In this document: piece after piece, positions 12,649 through 22,709 of the stretch
Position numbering within the stretch: position 1 is the first letter of the stretch
Layout of the letters: each line of letters starts with the position of its first letter
Source of the DNA: Sphingomonadaceae bacterium
GTDB lineage: Bacteria; Chloroflexota; UBA6077
Assembly: GCA_050261575.1 (NCBI GenBank)
Contig: JBLNDL010000005.1
Coordinates: 62,001 to 126,000, forward strand
Length of the DNA stretch: 64,000 bases
Direction of reading: 5' to 3'
Translations under genes and position numbers: made by a program
The notes under the pieces: generated by a model
What the model saw: only the letters and a program-made list of their open reading frames with translations
What the model was told of the DNA's origin: nothing
Databases searched by the model: none

Positions 12649-13477
12649 TCTCGTACGTTTTGAGCCGCTCCTCTACGGCCGCCCGGTCCTGCACCCCTTC
12701 CAGCCCGATACGCTCCACGGCGAAGGATGCGGCACAGCAGGCAAACGCCGCACTGCGGAGTGGATCCCTCGTTCGGTGATACTCCACGAGGAAGGAGGCG
12801 GCGAACACGTCCCCTGCCCCCGTGGGATCCACCTCCGTCGTAGGGAAGGCCGGAAGGTGAGTCGGTTGGCCTCGCGTGAAGAGTGTGACTCCCTTCGCCC
12901 CATGCGTAAGCAGCGTGATGGGCACCCGCTCCAAGCAAAGGGGCAGGAAGCCTGGATCGCCTGCCAGGTCCTCCTCGCTGAAGATCACGACGTTGGCCCC
13001 GGCCAGCAGCCGATCGTCCCCACTCCACGCTCCCTGACGCACCCGTCCGCCCTCATCCCAATGGCGAAGCAGGCCCTGGGGCGTCAGCGCGATCAGGGAA
13101 CCGGTGAACAGCCCCGGGAAGCTGCCGTCCACCTCGTGGACGATGGGGGCCAGGTGGACCACCGGGCAGCGCTTCCACTCCTCGGGAACAGCCTCGGCGG
13201 GGACGTGCGGCGCCACCGCGAGGACCCGCTGAATCCTCTTGCCTCTCCGATAGAGATTCTCGAAGCCGGTGCTGGCCGGCGTGGAGATGATCCGCATCTC
13301 CACGCCGGCCAGGGCGTTGGGCCATTCGAGTTCTTCGTCGGCGACGGTGACGATGCCCGCCCTCTGCCCCAATCGGGTGGCCGTGATGGAGGCGTAGGCC
13401 ACGCTCCCGCCCACGACGGGTCCGCGGGCGAGCCGGTGGTCCACTGCCAGGTGGCCTATGGCCAGGTAGTCAATCAT
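12623..13477 (-). CDS. PfkB/ribokinase-family carbohydrate kinase
   Basis: GGSVAYA and VDPTGAGDVFAA signatures. Confidence 0.9.
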   Translation of the reverse strand: MIDYLAIGHLAVDHRLARGPVVGGSVAYASITATRLGQRAGIVTVADEELEWPNALAGVEMRIISTPASTGFENLYRRGKRIQRVLAVAPHVPAEAVPEEWKRCPVVHLAPIVHEVDGSFPGLFTGSLIALTPQGLLRHWDEGGRVRQGAWSGDDRLLAGANVVIFSEEDLAGDPGFLPLCLERVPITLLTHGAKGVTLFTRGQPTHLPAFPTTEVDPTGAGDVFAASFLVEYHRTRDPLRSAAFACCAASFAVERIGLEGVQDRAAVEERLKTYENSGLRTEG

Positions 13478-13569
13478 CAGAGATAAGGGGCAACCGGTGG
13501 CCGGGTCTGGGTGCTCGTGCGTGAGACTCGAGACCCAGGACTCAGAAGGCTCGGTGGCGGCAGACTCCT

Positions 13570-13639
13570 AAGCAGGCATCTCTAGCCCATGCCAGCTTCC
13601 CTAATGGGAGACGGGTACTCTATCTGGAGATATCTGCTC
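13570..13639 (+). repeat. 70-bp MITE-like repeat, copy 2
   Basis: AAGCAGGCATCTC...GGGAGACGGGTACTCTATCTG-GAGATATCTGCTC; end overlaps the jag stop codon. Confidence 0.8.
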
Positions 13640-14372
13640 AGGGATACCGTCCGGATCGGCTGCGGGCCCTGGGGATAACGTTGACCCTGCGCTCGTCGCC
13701 GTAGCCGCTGCTCTCGGTCGTCACGTACGGATTGCCCTGGAGGGCCAGGTGCACGATGCGGCGCTCGTTGGCCGGCATCGGCTCCAGTGCGATGGCCTGA
13801 CCTGTCCGGCGCACCCGGTCGGCGGTACGGGAGGCAAGGCTTCGGAGGGATTCCTCCCTTCGGGCTCTGTAGCCCTCCACGTCGATCACTATGCGGATCC
13901 AGGACTCCAGTTGCTTGCTCACCATCAGGTTCAGCAGGAACTGGAGGGACGAGAGGGTTTCGCCTCGCCTCCCGATCAGTATCCCCAGATCCTCGCCGGT
14001 GACGTCCAACAGTATGGGGGAATCCTCGTCGCCGGTGCCGCCCCTGCAGTAAACATCGGCGTCGATGCCCATCCGCTCGAGGAGTTGCGCCAGCAACTCC
14101 TCGGCCACCGCCACGGCGACCCCGGGCTGGATCGCCACGGCCTCCTTCTTGGGGTGCGCGGCCGGAGCCTCTTCCTCCATGATGGCCAGAGCCGGTCGAT
14201 CCTTCACAGTAACCCTTACGCGAGCGTTGTCCCCTCGAACGAAGCCAAGCAGGCCCTTGTGGCCCTCGCTGAGGACTGTGATTTCCACTTCGTCGCGGTT
14301 CCTGCCCAGCTTGGCGAGCGCCTGCTGGATCGCCTCTTCGACGCTCTTGGCGCTCACATCAACGCTTTCCAT
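13638..14372 (-). CDS. jag: Jag/EloR (KhpB) RNA-binding protein, Jag_N-KH-R3H
   Basis: AKSVEEAI, GILIGRRGETLSSLQ, LEPMPANERRIVH. Confidence 0.95.
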   Translation of the reverse strand: MESVDVSAKSVEEAIQQALAKLGRNRDEVEITVLSEGHKGLLGFVRGDNARVRVTVKDRPALAIMEEEAPAAHPKKEAVAIQPGVAVAVAEELLAQLLERMGIDADVYCRGGTGDEDSPILLDVTGEDLGILIGRRGETLSSLQFLLNLMVSKQLESWIRIVIDVEGYRARREESLRSLASRTADRVRRTGQAIALEPMPANERRIVHLALQGNPYVTTESSGYGDERRVNVIPRARSRSGRYP

Positions 14373-15186
14373 TCGCTCTCTTTTCCTCCCTCGGAGGCTT
14401 GGCGCCAGCGCCCTTCTTGTGCTTGGCGGCCTTTGAGACTCTGGGCTGAGGGCTTCCTGCCGCCCCTTGAGCGTTGCCGCTCTCGGCGTTAGCTGGCTCC
14501 GGTCGGGGTGCCTGCGACGCCGGAGGCTGGGCGTTGGGCAGCAGTCCTCCCCAGCCCGTGGTGAACAGTTGCTGGAAGAAGGTGAACACGTTGGTGGTTA
14601 CCCAGTAGAGGGCCAAACCAGAGGGCACGCTGAGCGCCACGAACCCGAAAGTCAGCGGCATGAACAGCATCACCTGGTTCATCATCTTCTGCTGCGGGTC
14701 GCTGCTCGGCAGCATCATCATCTTCTGCACGACGAACTGGGTCACCACCGTGAGCACAACCAGGATGTAGAACGGATCGGGCTGGGCGAGGCTCGGCAGC
14801 CACAGGAAGCCCCTGCTGAACTCCTCCGAGGTTCCAGCCAAGCTGATCAAGGCCCAGTAGAGGCCGAACCAGATCGGCATCTGGATCAGCATCGGAAGGC
14901 AGCCTGCGGCCGGGTTGACGCCGTGGTCCTTGTAGATCCGCATGGTCTCTTGGGTGAGACGCTCCCTATCCTTGCCGTACCGCCGCTTCGCCTCGTCTAT
15001 CAGCGGCTGAACGTCCCGCATCGCCTTGGAAGAGCGGATCTGCATCAGGTTTAGCGGGAAGGTTACCAGCTTGATCGCCAGGGTCAGTACGATGATGGCG
15101 AGGCCGAAGCTCCCCAAGAACCCGTGGAGGGAAACCAGTGCTCCCATCAACGGCCAGACGATTAGTGAGTTCCAGACCTCGGTCAA
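14359..15186 (-). CDS. yidC: Membrane protein insertase YidC
   Basis: GVNPAAGCLPMLIQMPIW, GFLWLPSLAQPDP, PSGLALYW; synteny. Confidence 0.95.
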   Translation of the reverse strand: MTEVWNSLIVWPLMGALVSLHGFLGSFGLAIIVLTLAIKLVTFPLNLMQIRSSKAMRDVQPLIDEAKRRYGKDRERLTQETMRIYKDHGVNPAAGCLPMLIQMPIWFGLYWALISLAGTSEEFSRGFLWLPSLAQPDPFYILVVLTVVTQFVVQKMMMLPSSDPQQKMMNQVMLFMPLTFGFVALSVPSGLALYWVTTNVFTFFQQLFTTGWGGLLPNAQPPASQAPRPEPANAESGNAQGAAGSPQPRVSKAAKHKKGAGAKPPREEKRANGKR

Positions 15187-15246
15187 GCAATTTCCTCCTA
15201 GTATTGTTCGCTACAACGGACGCGGTAGCCGTCGACGGCTACCCTT

Positions 15247-15456
15247 CTAAGGGACCGGGTCGTAGCCCCCTGGATTGAATGGATGGCAGCGCCCGATACG
15301 CCTGGCGGTCATCCACCCACCCTTAACGAAGCCGTACTTCTCGATGGCCTCGTAGCCGTAGTGGGAGCAACTGGGATAGAACCGGCATGCTGTCGGCAGT
15401 ATATGGGAGAGCGTAAGCTGGTACGCCCTAATCAGAAACAGTGCGATCCACTTCAT
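15247..15456 (-). CDS. yidD: Membrane protein insertion efficiency factor
   Basis: [24 protein letters not shown]. Confidence 0.96.
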   Translation of the reverse strand: MKWIALFLIRAYQLTLSHILPTACRFYPSCSHYGYEAIEKYGFVKGGWMTARRIGRCHPFNPGGYDPVP

Positions 15457-15829
15457 GCTTGGTTTGCTCCAGTCCCTCGCATGCCCTTTCCTGTGCAGGC
15501 AGCAGGCGTGCCCGACGAAGCAGGATCTCGACGGCTCGGTTGATCTGATCGAAGCCCGCTTCAGCGGACGCCGGACGAGCTACGAACACCAAGTCGCGAC
15601 CCGGAGGAAGGCTGGGGAGATAGCTCCTGGTGGCCTCCCTGATCAGGCGTTTCACCCGGTTACGGGTGACGGCCTTACCGATCCGCTTGCTGGTCGAGAT
15701 CCCGATCCTCGTCAGCTCCAGGCCGTTGGGAGCCACGTATAACACCAGCAGCGGGTGCGCCCACGATTGCCTGAGGGCTCGCACCCGCTGGAATTCTGCG
15801 CTCTTCTTCAGACGATGTCGCCTTTGCAT
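15428..15829 (-). CDS. rnpA: Ribonuclease P protein component
   Basis: [30 protein letters not shown] (RNR motif); synteny. Confidence 0.93.
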   Translation of the reverse strand: MQRRHRLKKSAEFQRVRALRQSWAHPLLVLYVAPNGLELTRIGISTSKRIGKAVTRNRVKRLIREATRSYLPSLPPGRDLVFVARPASAEAGFDQINRAVEILLRRARLLPAQERACEGLEQTKHEVDRTVSD

Positions 15830-15867
15830 GGAGAGGCGCGCCCTAGGCGCTCTCGCCACCCTGCCAT

Positions 15868-16005
15868 CTAGACGACCGTCAGCCGTTTGCGCCCGCGGAG
15901 CCTCCTCATCTTGAGGACCCTCCGACCATCTTTGGTGGCCATTCGCTTCAGAAAGCCATGCTCGCGCTTCCGCGGGATTCGCTTTGGCTGGTAGGTGCGT
16001 TTCAT
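15868..16005 (-). CDS. rpmH: 50S ribosomal protein L34 (absent from the ORF track)
   Basis: Manual translation [45 protein letters not shown]. Confidence 0.96.
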   Translation of the reverse strand: MKRTYQPKRIPRKREHGFLKRMATKDGRRVLKMRRLRGRKRLTVV

Positions 16006-16045
16006 GCAGCGCAAAACCCCTTGCAGTCAGTTCATTGATACGGAA

Positions 16046-16075
16046 ATTATACGGTTTACGACCCGAGAGTGTCAA
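16046..16075 (-). promoter_or_regulatory. Sigma-70 promoter of the rpmH operon
   Basis: TTGACA-N18-TATAAT on the minus strand. Confidence 0.8.
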
Positions 16076-16141
16076 TCGGAGGGCTGCTGGCCCGGGTGGT
16101 ACAATAGCGGGTGCCGCAATCCCAATTCGCCGAGGTGCCAC

Positions 16142-16318
16142 ATGTCGCTTGGTCCGTTCGAGCTGGCCGTAATCCTGGTCCTCGCCATCATGATCTTCGG
16201 GGTGGGGAAGCTGACGCAGCTCGGGGGCGCCCTGGGCAAGGGCGTTCGGGAGTTCCGTGATGCCACCCGGGAAGACGATCCCCCATCCAAACCGGAGGAC
16301 GAGGGGGAGCGAAGCTGA
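16142..16318 (+). CDS. tatA: Twin-arginine translocase TatA subunit
   Basis: MSLGPFELAVILVLAIMIFGVGKL..LGGALGKGVREFR; GAGGTG SD. Confidence 0.9.
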   Translation: MSLGPFELAVILVLAIMIFGVGKLTQLGGALGKGVREFRDATREDDPPSKPEDEGERS

Positions 16319-16493
16319 ATCCGTATTGACTGACATCGCCTCACTCTGATATACCGGCGCCAATCGAATAGACCCCGGCTCCGGGCGTTGAGGCCGGAGC
16401 TGTCCGACCAGCGCTGGTCGTTCGTCGATGGCGCGGGCGCTACCCATGACCTGTCGGCAATCGTCGTAGTTCGGTTGTTGGAAGGAGGGTATT

Positions 16494-17876
16494 GTGGACA
16501 GCTTTGGCACCCCCGAGATCACGCATCCCCTCAAGCGCCCCATCACACGCCGGCAACTGCTCAAAGGTCTGGCCATCACCGCCGCGGGCGTGGCGGCGGC
16601 CGGATGCGCTCCCTCGGCTCCCCCTGCAGCCGCACCAAAGACCGGCGCACCCCCGGCGGCGGCACCCACCACGGCGGCGGCTCCCGCTGCCCCCAAGCCG
16701 GCCTCCGGCGACGCGCTCAAGATCGGCGCGATCTTCCCGTTCACGGGCAGCCTCGCCCTGCTGGGAGAGGAGAGCTGGCGAGGTGCCGAGCTGGCGAGGC
16801 TCCTCCAGAACAGCAAGGGTGGGCTGCTGGGCAAGCAGATCGAGTGGGTGAAGGGGGATGCCCCCGACGCCAACGCCGCGGTGTCCGAGGCCAACCGGAT
16901 GATCTCCTCCGAGAAGATGACGGTCCTCGTCGGCACCTACTCCAGCACGCTCTCTCAGGCAGCCACCGAGGTGGCCGAGCGCAACAAGGTGATCTACTGG
17001 GAGATGGGGGCCATCTCCGATCCGATCACCCAGCGGGGCTTCCAGTACCTCTTCCGGACCTGCGCCAACGGTTCCTCCGATGGCATCGTGGGCGCCAACT
17101 TCACCAAAGAGGCCATCGCCTCCAAGCTGGGCATTGCCCCGGACAAGCTCCGCTTCGCCGTCGTCCACGAGGATGCCCTCTACGGCACCACCGTCGGCAC
17201 CGCGGCGGAGGCGCAGGCCAAGCAGATCGGCCTCAACTTCGTCGGGCGAGAGGCCTACAACAGCAAGGCCACCGACCTCTCCTCCTTGATACTGAAGCTG
17301 AAGTCGATGCAGCCCGACGTCCTGATCGCCACTTCCTACATCCAGGATCTGCTCCTCTTCTGGAAGCAAGCCCGGGAACTGGACTTCAGCGTCAAGGCAG
17401 TGATCGGCACCGGCGCGGGTTACTCCCTCACCGACTTCGCCAAGGCGATGGGCGACGACGTGAACGGCGTGCTGAACATCGATTTCCCACAGTACGACGT
17501 CAACGAGAACTTCGCCAAGGGCCTCAAGGAGTACCAGAAGTTCTACCAGGACACCTTCAACGAGCCCCCACGCTCGGGCCACTCCCTCGCCAACTACATG
17601 GGGACCTTGGTGCTGTGGGATGTGATCGCTCGAGCTGGCTCCACCGATCCGGAGGCCGTCCGCAAGGCCGCCCTTGCCACCGACATCCCCGTGGGCGGCA
17701 CCATCACCGGCTGGGGGGTGAAGTTCGCCGAACCCGGCCACAAGGATGCCGGGCAGAACCTGCGGGCAGACCCCATCGTGATGCAGTGGCAGAACGGCCG
17801 GCAGCTCGCGGTCTGGCCGAAGGAGGCGGCGGTGGCCGATCTGGCCCTCCCCTGGAAGCCTTCCTGGGTCAAGTAG
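16494..17876 (+). CDS. Branched-chain amino acid-type (HAAT) ABC substrate-binding lipoprotein with Tat signal
   Basis: TRRQLLK Tat motif, AAGC lipobox, Ala/Pro linker, LKIGAIFPFTG..GGLLGKQIE. Confidence 0.9.
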   Translation: MDSFGTPEITHPLKRPITRRQLLKGLAITAAGVAAAGCAPSAPPAAAPKTGAPPAAAPTTAAAPAAPKPASGDALKIGAIFPFTGSLALLGEESWRGAELARLLQNSKGGLLGKQIEWVKGDAPDANAAVSEANRMISSEKMTVLVGTYSSTLSQAATEVAERNKVIYWEMGAISDPITQRGFQYLFRTCANGSSDGIVGANFTKEAIASKLGIAPDKLRFAVVHEDALYGTTVGTAAEAQAKQIGLNFVGREAYNSKATDLSSLILKLKSMQPDVLIATSYIQDLLLFWKQARELDFSVKAVIGTGAGYSLTDFAKAMGDDVNGVLNIDFPQYDVNENFAKGLKEYQKFYQDTFNEPPRSGHSLANYMGTLVLWDVIARAGSTDPEAVRKAALATDIPVGGTITGWGVKFAEPGHKDAGQNLRADPIVMQWQNGRQLAVWPKEAAVADLALPWKPSWVK

Positions 17877-17924
17877 AGGACTGAGGACTCAGGTCCTCAG
17901 CCCTGAGTCCTCGGCATGGCGAAA

Positions 17925-18057
17925 TGTAGGGCAGAGGCTTATCCCCTGCCGTCGCGACCAAGGGACCGGGCGGCAGGGCACAAGGCCCTGCCCTACTCTC
18001 GATCGACGGGCCGGCAGGGCGCGACGCGAGCGAGCGCAGCGATACGCGGCCCCTACA
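17925..18057. repeat. Cluster of GTAG-type REP-like palindromes
   Basis: GTAGGGCAGAGGCTT...GGCCCTGCCCTAC followed by GCAGGGCGCG...CGCGGCCCCTAC. Confidence 0.6.
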
Positions 18058-18079
18058 TCTGTCTGAGCGAGGAGTTCAC

Positions 18080-18964
18080 ATGGACGGAGTATTGGCCCAG
18101 GTTGCGGTATCGGGCATCCTCCTGGGCGGTGTCTACGCCCTCATCAGCATGGGCCTCACCCTGATATTCGGCGTCCTGCGCATCGTCAACTTCGCCCACG
18201 GCGAGTTCCTGATGATCGCGATGTACGCCACATTCTGGCTCTTCCACCTGTACGGTGTCGATCCTTACCTCTCCATCGTCCTGGTGACAGCGCTGCTCTT
18301 CCTGCTGGGGCTGACGGCCCAGTTCCTGGTGGTTCGCCCCATCTTGAACGCCCCCTCCTCCATGCAGATCTTCGCCACAGTGGGGCTTTCCATCGTCCTC
18401 CAGAACGCCGCCCTGCTGCTGTGGAAGGCCGACTATCGATCGGTGGACACGGTCTACTCCAAGGCCGTCGTATCAGTCGGTCCGCTCTTGGTGGGGGTAT
18501 CGCGCTTGGTCGCCTTCCTGGTGGCCCTCTCGATCACAGCCTGCCTCATGCTCTTCCTCAAGAGAACCTACCTCGGCAAGGCGATCCGGTGCGTCACGCA
18601 GGATCGGACGGCGGCCCTCCTGATGGGGATCAACACCCACCGGATCTACCTGGTCACCTTCGGCATCGGCACCGCCTTGGTGGGGATCGCCGGTGCGCTC
18701 CTGATGCCCATCTACCCCACCTTTCCAACGGTGGGTACCTACTTCGTGCTCACGGCTTTCGTGGTCGTGGTGCTGGGTGGGCTGGGTAACCTGACGGGTG
18801 CCCTGCTGGGCGGGCTGATCATCGGGCTGGTGGAGGCGTTCAGCGGCTTCTACGCCCCTGCACTGAAGGAGGCGGTCTACTTCGTGGTCTTCATCCTGGT
18901 GCTGCTGATCCGCCCCACCGGGCTCTTTGGAGTGGTGGGCGCCGAAGAGGTGGGGCTGAAATGA
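18080..18964 (+). CDS. livH: HAAT ABC permease (LivH-like)
   Basis: GLTLIFGVLRIVNFAHGEF, VVVVLGGLG. Confidence 0.9.
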   Translation: MDGVLAQVAVSGILLGGVYALISMGLTLIFGVLRIVNFAHGEFLMIAMYATFWLFHLYGVDPYLSIVLVTALLFLLGLTAQFLVVRPILNAPSSMQIFATVGLSIVLQNAALLLWKADYRSVDTVYSKAVVSVGPLLVGVSRLVAFLVALSITACLMLFLKRTYLGKAIRCVTQDRTAALLMGINTHRIYLVTFGIGTALVGIAGALLMPIYPTFPTVGTYFVLTAFVVVVLGGLGNLTGALLGGLIIGLVEAFSGFYAPALKEAVYFVVFILVLLIRPTGLFGVVGAEEVGLK

Positions 18965-19950
18965 GCAGATTCGTCCTCATCACCCTGGCTGTCGTCCCGG
19001 CCCTGCTTGCGCTGGTGGTTCAGGACAAGTTCTACCTCCACGTCCTGATCATGATGATGTTCTACGCCGCGGCGAGTTCCGCCTGGAACATCGTGGGCGG
19101 ATTCGCGGGGCAGCTCTCCCTGGGGCATGCCGCATTCTTCGGCCTTGGGGCCTACACCTCCACCCTGCTCTTCATCAACCTTGGAATCTCCCCGTGGATC
19201 GGGATGCTGGCCGGCGCCCTCCTCTCCACTGCCGTGGCGGCCGGCATCGGCTACCCCAGCTTCCGGTTGCGGGGGCCGTTCTTCACCCTGGTCACGATAG
19301 CCTTCGCCGAGGTGCTCCGGATCCTGGCCGTCACCTTCCAGGACCTGACCAAAGGCTCCATCGGTGTCAGCGTGCCCTTCCGGCCGGCGCCGCAGAACTT
19401 CGTCTTCAGGGAGACCTCCAGCTATGCTTTCGTGGCCCTCGCCTTCATGCTGATCATGATCCTGATCAGTATGTGGATCGATCGATCCAGGCTGGGCTAC
19501 TACCTGGCCGCGCTGCGGGAGGACGAGGACGCCGCTCAGGCGCTGGGGATCAACACCTCCCGCTACAAGCTGGTGGCCGTGCTGACCAGCGCCTTCTTCA
19601 CCTCGGTGGCGGGGACCTTCTACGCGCAATACATCTTCTACATAGAGCCATTCGCCATGTTCTCCCTCGACTTCTCGGTGCTGCTGGCGATGATGTCCAT
19701 CATCGGCGGGCTGGGCACCGTGTGGGGGCCGGTGGCGGGCGCATTCCTGGTGACCCCCCTCCAGGAGTTCCTCCGAGCCAGGCTGGGCGGGGAGTTGCAA
19801 GGGCTCCACCTGGTGATCTACGGTACCGTCCTGATCCTGGTGGTGATCCTCCTGCCTCAGGGGGTCGTTCCATCCCTAGCAGAATGGAGAAAGAGGATCT
19901 TCCGGCGGCGGGCTCCGGAGCCCCTGCCCCTAGGGAAGGAGGCGCCATGA
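18961..19950 (+). CDS. livM: HAAT ABC permease (LivM-like)
   Basis: GQLSLGHAAFFGLGAY, ALREDEDAA, IIGGLGT..GP. Confidence 0.9.
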   Translation: MSRFVLITLAVVPALLALVVQDKFYLHVLIMMMFYAAASSAWNIVGGFAGQLSLGHAAFFGLGAYTSTLLFINLGISPWIGMLAGALLSTAVAAGIGYPSFRLRGPFFTLVTIAFAEVLRILAVTFQDLTKGSIGVSVPFRPAPQNFVFRETSSYAFVALAFMLIMILISMWIDRSRLGYYLAALREDEDAAQALGINTSRYKLVAVLTSAFFTSVAGTFYAQYIFYIEPFAMFSLDFSVLLAMMSIIGGLGTVWGPVAGAFLVTPLQEFLRARLGGELQGLHLVIYGTVLILVVILLPQGVVPSLAEWRKRIFRRRAPEPLPLGKEAP

Positions 19951-20669
19951 TCCTGCAGGTGGAGAACGTCACCAAGCGCTTCGGAGGGTTGTCCGCCCTG
20001 AAGGGAGTGACCTTCGGGGTGGAGGAGGGAGAGATCCTCGGCCTCATTGGGCCCAACGGCGCCGGCAAGACCACCCTGTTCAATGTCGTCTCGGGCTTCT
20101 TCCCGCCCGAGCAGGGTCGGGTGCTCTTCGCGGGGGAGCAGGTGAGCCATCTGAAACCGTACGACGTCTGCCGGCGTGGGCTGGTTCGCACCTTCCAGGT
20201 GGTGAAGCCCTTCGGCAACCTCACCGTGCTCCAGAACGTCATGGTGGGCAGCTTCCTCCGGACGTCGGATCCCGTGCGGGCGCGGGACCGGGCGATGGAT
20301 GTGCTGGAGGCCGTTGGGCTCCTGAACCAGCAGGAGAAGGCGGCCAAGAGCCTGACTATCGCCGACCGGAAGCGGTTGGAGGTGGCTCGTGCCCTGGCCA
20401 CCGGACCCCGTGTGCTGCTCCTGGACGAGGTGATGGCGGGGTTGAACCCCGCCGAGCTGGCCCAGATGCTTGAGATCCTGAAACGGATTCGGGACCAGGG
20501 AGTGACCCTCTTGGTGATCGAGCACATCATGGCTGCTATCATGACCGTGTCCGAGCGGATCGTGGTGCTCCATCACGGGGAGAAGATCGCCGAAGGGCCC
20601 CCCAAAGAGGTGGCCCGAGACAAGAAGGTCATCGAGGCGTACCTCGGAGAGGAGTACCTCCTTGCTTAG
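19947..20669 (+). CDS. livG: HAAT ABC ATPase (LivG-like)
   Basis: GPNGAGKTT, RTFQ, LLLDE, VIEAYLG. Confidence 0.92.
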   Translation: MILQVENVTKRFGGLSALKGVTFGVEEGEILGLIGPNGAGKTTLFNVVSGFFPPEQGRVLFAGEQVSHLKPYDVCRRGLVRTFQVVKPFGNLTVLQNVMVGSFLRTSDPVRARDRAMDVLEAVGLLNQQEKAAKSLTIADRKRLEVARALATGPRVLLLDEVMAGLNPAELAQMLEILKRIRDQGVTLLVIEHIMAAIMTVSERIVVLHHGEKIAEGPPKEVARDKKVIEAYLGEEYLLA

Positions 20670-21366
20670 AGTAAACGACATAGATGTGGCCTACGGCGAC
20701 GTTCAGGTCCTGCACGGATTGTCTCTGGCCGTGGAGGAAGGGGAGATCGTGGCATTGGTGGGAGCCAACGCTGCCGGCAAGAGCACGACCATCAACACGA
20801 TCTCCGGGATCGTTCGGCCCCGCTGCGGCTCCATCGAGTTCCGTGGGCAGAGGATCGACCACCTTAACCCCTACGACATCGTAGCCCAGGGCCTGGTCCA
20901 GGTTCCGGAGGGCCGGCGTCTCTTCCCCTACATGACGGTTTTGGAGAACCTGGAGTTGGGGGCGTACTCTGGGGAAGCTCGCCGCCTCAAGGCGAAGAGC
21001 TTGGAGATGGTATTCGGCCTGCTGCCGATCCTGAAGGAGCGGCAGAGCCAGATGGCAGGCTCGCTCTCCGGAGGGGAGCAGCAGATGCTGGCCATCGGAC
21101 GAGGGCTGATGGCCGTCCCGCGTCTCCTGATGCTGGACGAGCCATCCCTCGGTCTCGCGCCCCTCATGGTCAAGCAGATCCTGGAGACGGTGCGGGACGT
21201 GAATGCCCATGGGACCACGGTGCTGCTGGTGGAGCAGAACGTCCAGCACTCCCTGCGACTGGCCCACCGGGGATACGTGCTGGAGAACGGGAGGATCGTG
21301 CTGGAGGGGAAGGCGGCCGATCTGTTGAGCAACCCCCACCTGAAGAAGGCATACCTGGGCCTGTAG
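20662..21366 (+). CDS. livF: HAAT ABC ATPase (LivF-like)
   Basis: GANAAGKS, VPEGRRLF, LSGGEQQM, LDEPSLGLAP. Confidence 0.92.
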   Translation: MLRVNDIDVAYGDVQVLHGLSLAVEEGEIVALVGANAAGKSTTINTISGIVRPRCGSIEFRGQRIDHLNPYDIVAQGLVQVPEGRRLFPYMTVLENLELGAYSGEARRLKAKSLEMVFGLLPILKERQSQMAGSLSGGEQQMLAIGRGLMAVPRLLMLDEPSLGLAPLMVKQILETVRDVNAHGTTVLLVEQNVQHSLRLAHRGYVLENGRIVLEGKAADLLSNPHLKKAYLGL

Positions 21367-21499
21367 CCCGTGGTCTCGGCCAGCAGTCTATCGTGGTGCC
21401 TTGAAGTGTAGGGGCGGCCTCTACAGGCGTGACCTCAGGCCAGCGGAGACGCGAAGCGTGCTCGCCACGCGTCTCCGCTGGCCCGTCTCCGTATCTGGG

Positions 21500-22567
21500 C
21501 TAGGCGGCCCTCTCGATCTTCGGCCGGATCGCCTCGGGGTTCACCACGTTCTGTGGGTTGCCTGCCAGGAAGGCGCGGATGTTGGCAGTGGTGGTGTCGA
21601 TGATCCGCTCCATCGCCTCCCAGCTATCGAAGGCCATGTGTGGGGTGATCACCACGTCCTCGCGCCGCAGCAGCACGTGCTGGCGCAGCAGCATCCGCAG
21701 CTTCTCCTCCGCTTGTGGCGCCCGCAGCAACTGCTTCTCCTCCTCCACCAACTCCTCGCCCTCGATCACGTCCAGCCCCGCGCCCGAGAGTATCCCCTCG
21801 TCCAGTGCCCAGATCAGGGCGTCGGTGTCCACCAGCCCCCCGCGTGCCGTGTTGATCAGCAGTGCCCCACGCTTGGCCAGCTTCAGGTTGTCGCGGTTGA
21901 TCATGTGGTAGGTGCTGCGGTTCAAGGGGGCGTGGAGGGTGATGATGTCCGATTGGCGGAGTAGCTCCTCGAGGGGCACGTAGTCGAAGCCGAGCACCTC
22001 GGAGATCAGCCGGTCCTGCCGGACGTCGTAGGCCAGCACCTTCATGCCGAAGCCCTTGGCGATCCTGATGGCGTGAAGCCCAATGTGTCCCGCTCCCACC
22101 ACACCCAGGGTCTTGCCGTGAAGGTCGAAGCCGCGGAGCCCTTCCAGCGAGAAGTTGCTCTGGAGGGTCCGCAGGTATGCCTTGTGGATCTTGCGGGAGA
22201 GGGCGAGCATCAGCCCGAAGGCGTGCTCCGCGACGGTGGTCTCGCCGTAGTGGGGGACGTTGGCTACCAAGATCCCCCTCTCGTTGCAGGCCCCCAGGTC
22301 TATATGGTCGAACCCTGTCGAGCGGGTAGCCACCAAAGCCAGGCGAGGCAGCGCCTCAATGACCTGGCGGTTCACCTGGGACCGAATGAAGATCGAGATC
22401 ACGGAGACGTCGGCGATGCGGGGCAGCAGATCCTGCTCCAGGGGGCCGGGGAAGAAGACAGTCTCACGGCCCTCCAAACCCTGGGATAGCCGTGCCCTTT
22501 CCCAGTCCTCCACCTCGAAGCAGGCGATCTTGATCTTCCTGTCGGTTTTCTTGGGGCTGTTGGCCAT
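21500..22567 (-). CDS. D-isomer-specific 2-hydroxyacid dehydrogenase (D-lactate DH-like)
   Basis: TRSTGFDHID, GVVGAGHIG, INTARGGLVD, ITPHMAF. Confidence 0.92.
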   Translation of the reverse strand: MANSPKKTDRKIKIACFEVEDWERARLSQGLEGRETVFFPGPLEQDLLPRIADVSVISIFIRSQVNRQVIEALPRLALVATRSTGFDHIDLGACNERGILVANVPHYGETTVAEHAFGLMLALSRKIHKAYLRTLQSNFSLEGLRGFDLHGKTLGVVGAGHIGLHAIRIAKGFGMKVLAYDVRQDRLISEVLGFDYVPLEELLRQSDIITLHAPLNRSTYHMINRDNLKLAKRGALLINTARGGLVDTDALIWALDEGILSGAGLDVIEGEELVEEEKQLLRAPQAEEKLRMLLRQHVLLRREDVVITPHMAFDSWEAMERIIDTTTANIRAFLAGNPQNVVNPEAIRPKIERAA

Positions 22568-22709
22568 CAGCTTTCCCTCTATCCGTCAGCCGTCAGCCAT
22601 CAGCCTTCGTTGTCTCCGCACGCAGCCTCGGATGTTTTCCCGCTCTCGCCTCTCGAGCATCGAACTGCCCTGGGCTGCTGAAAGCTGACCGCCGATAGCC
22701 GAAAACTCG

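Noticed and set aside
10900..16100. parS sites (TGTTNCACGTGAAACA) near parAB or oriC
   Set aside because: No convincing match seen by eye; a motif scan is needed to exclude degenerate sites
15428..16936. 502-aa ORF suggesting an RnpA fusion
   Set aside because: Only the last 133 aa are RnpA; the upstream part overlaps rpmH, tatA and the SBP gene in other frames
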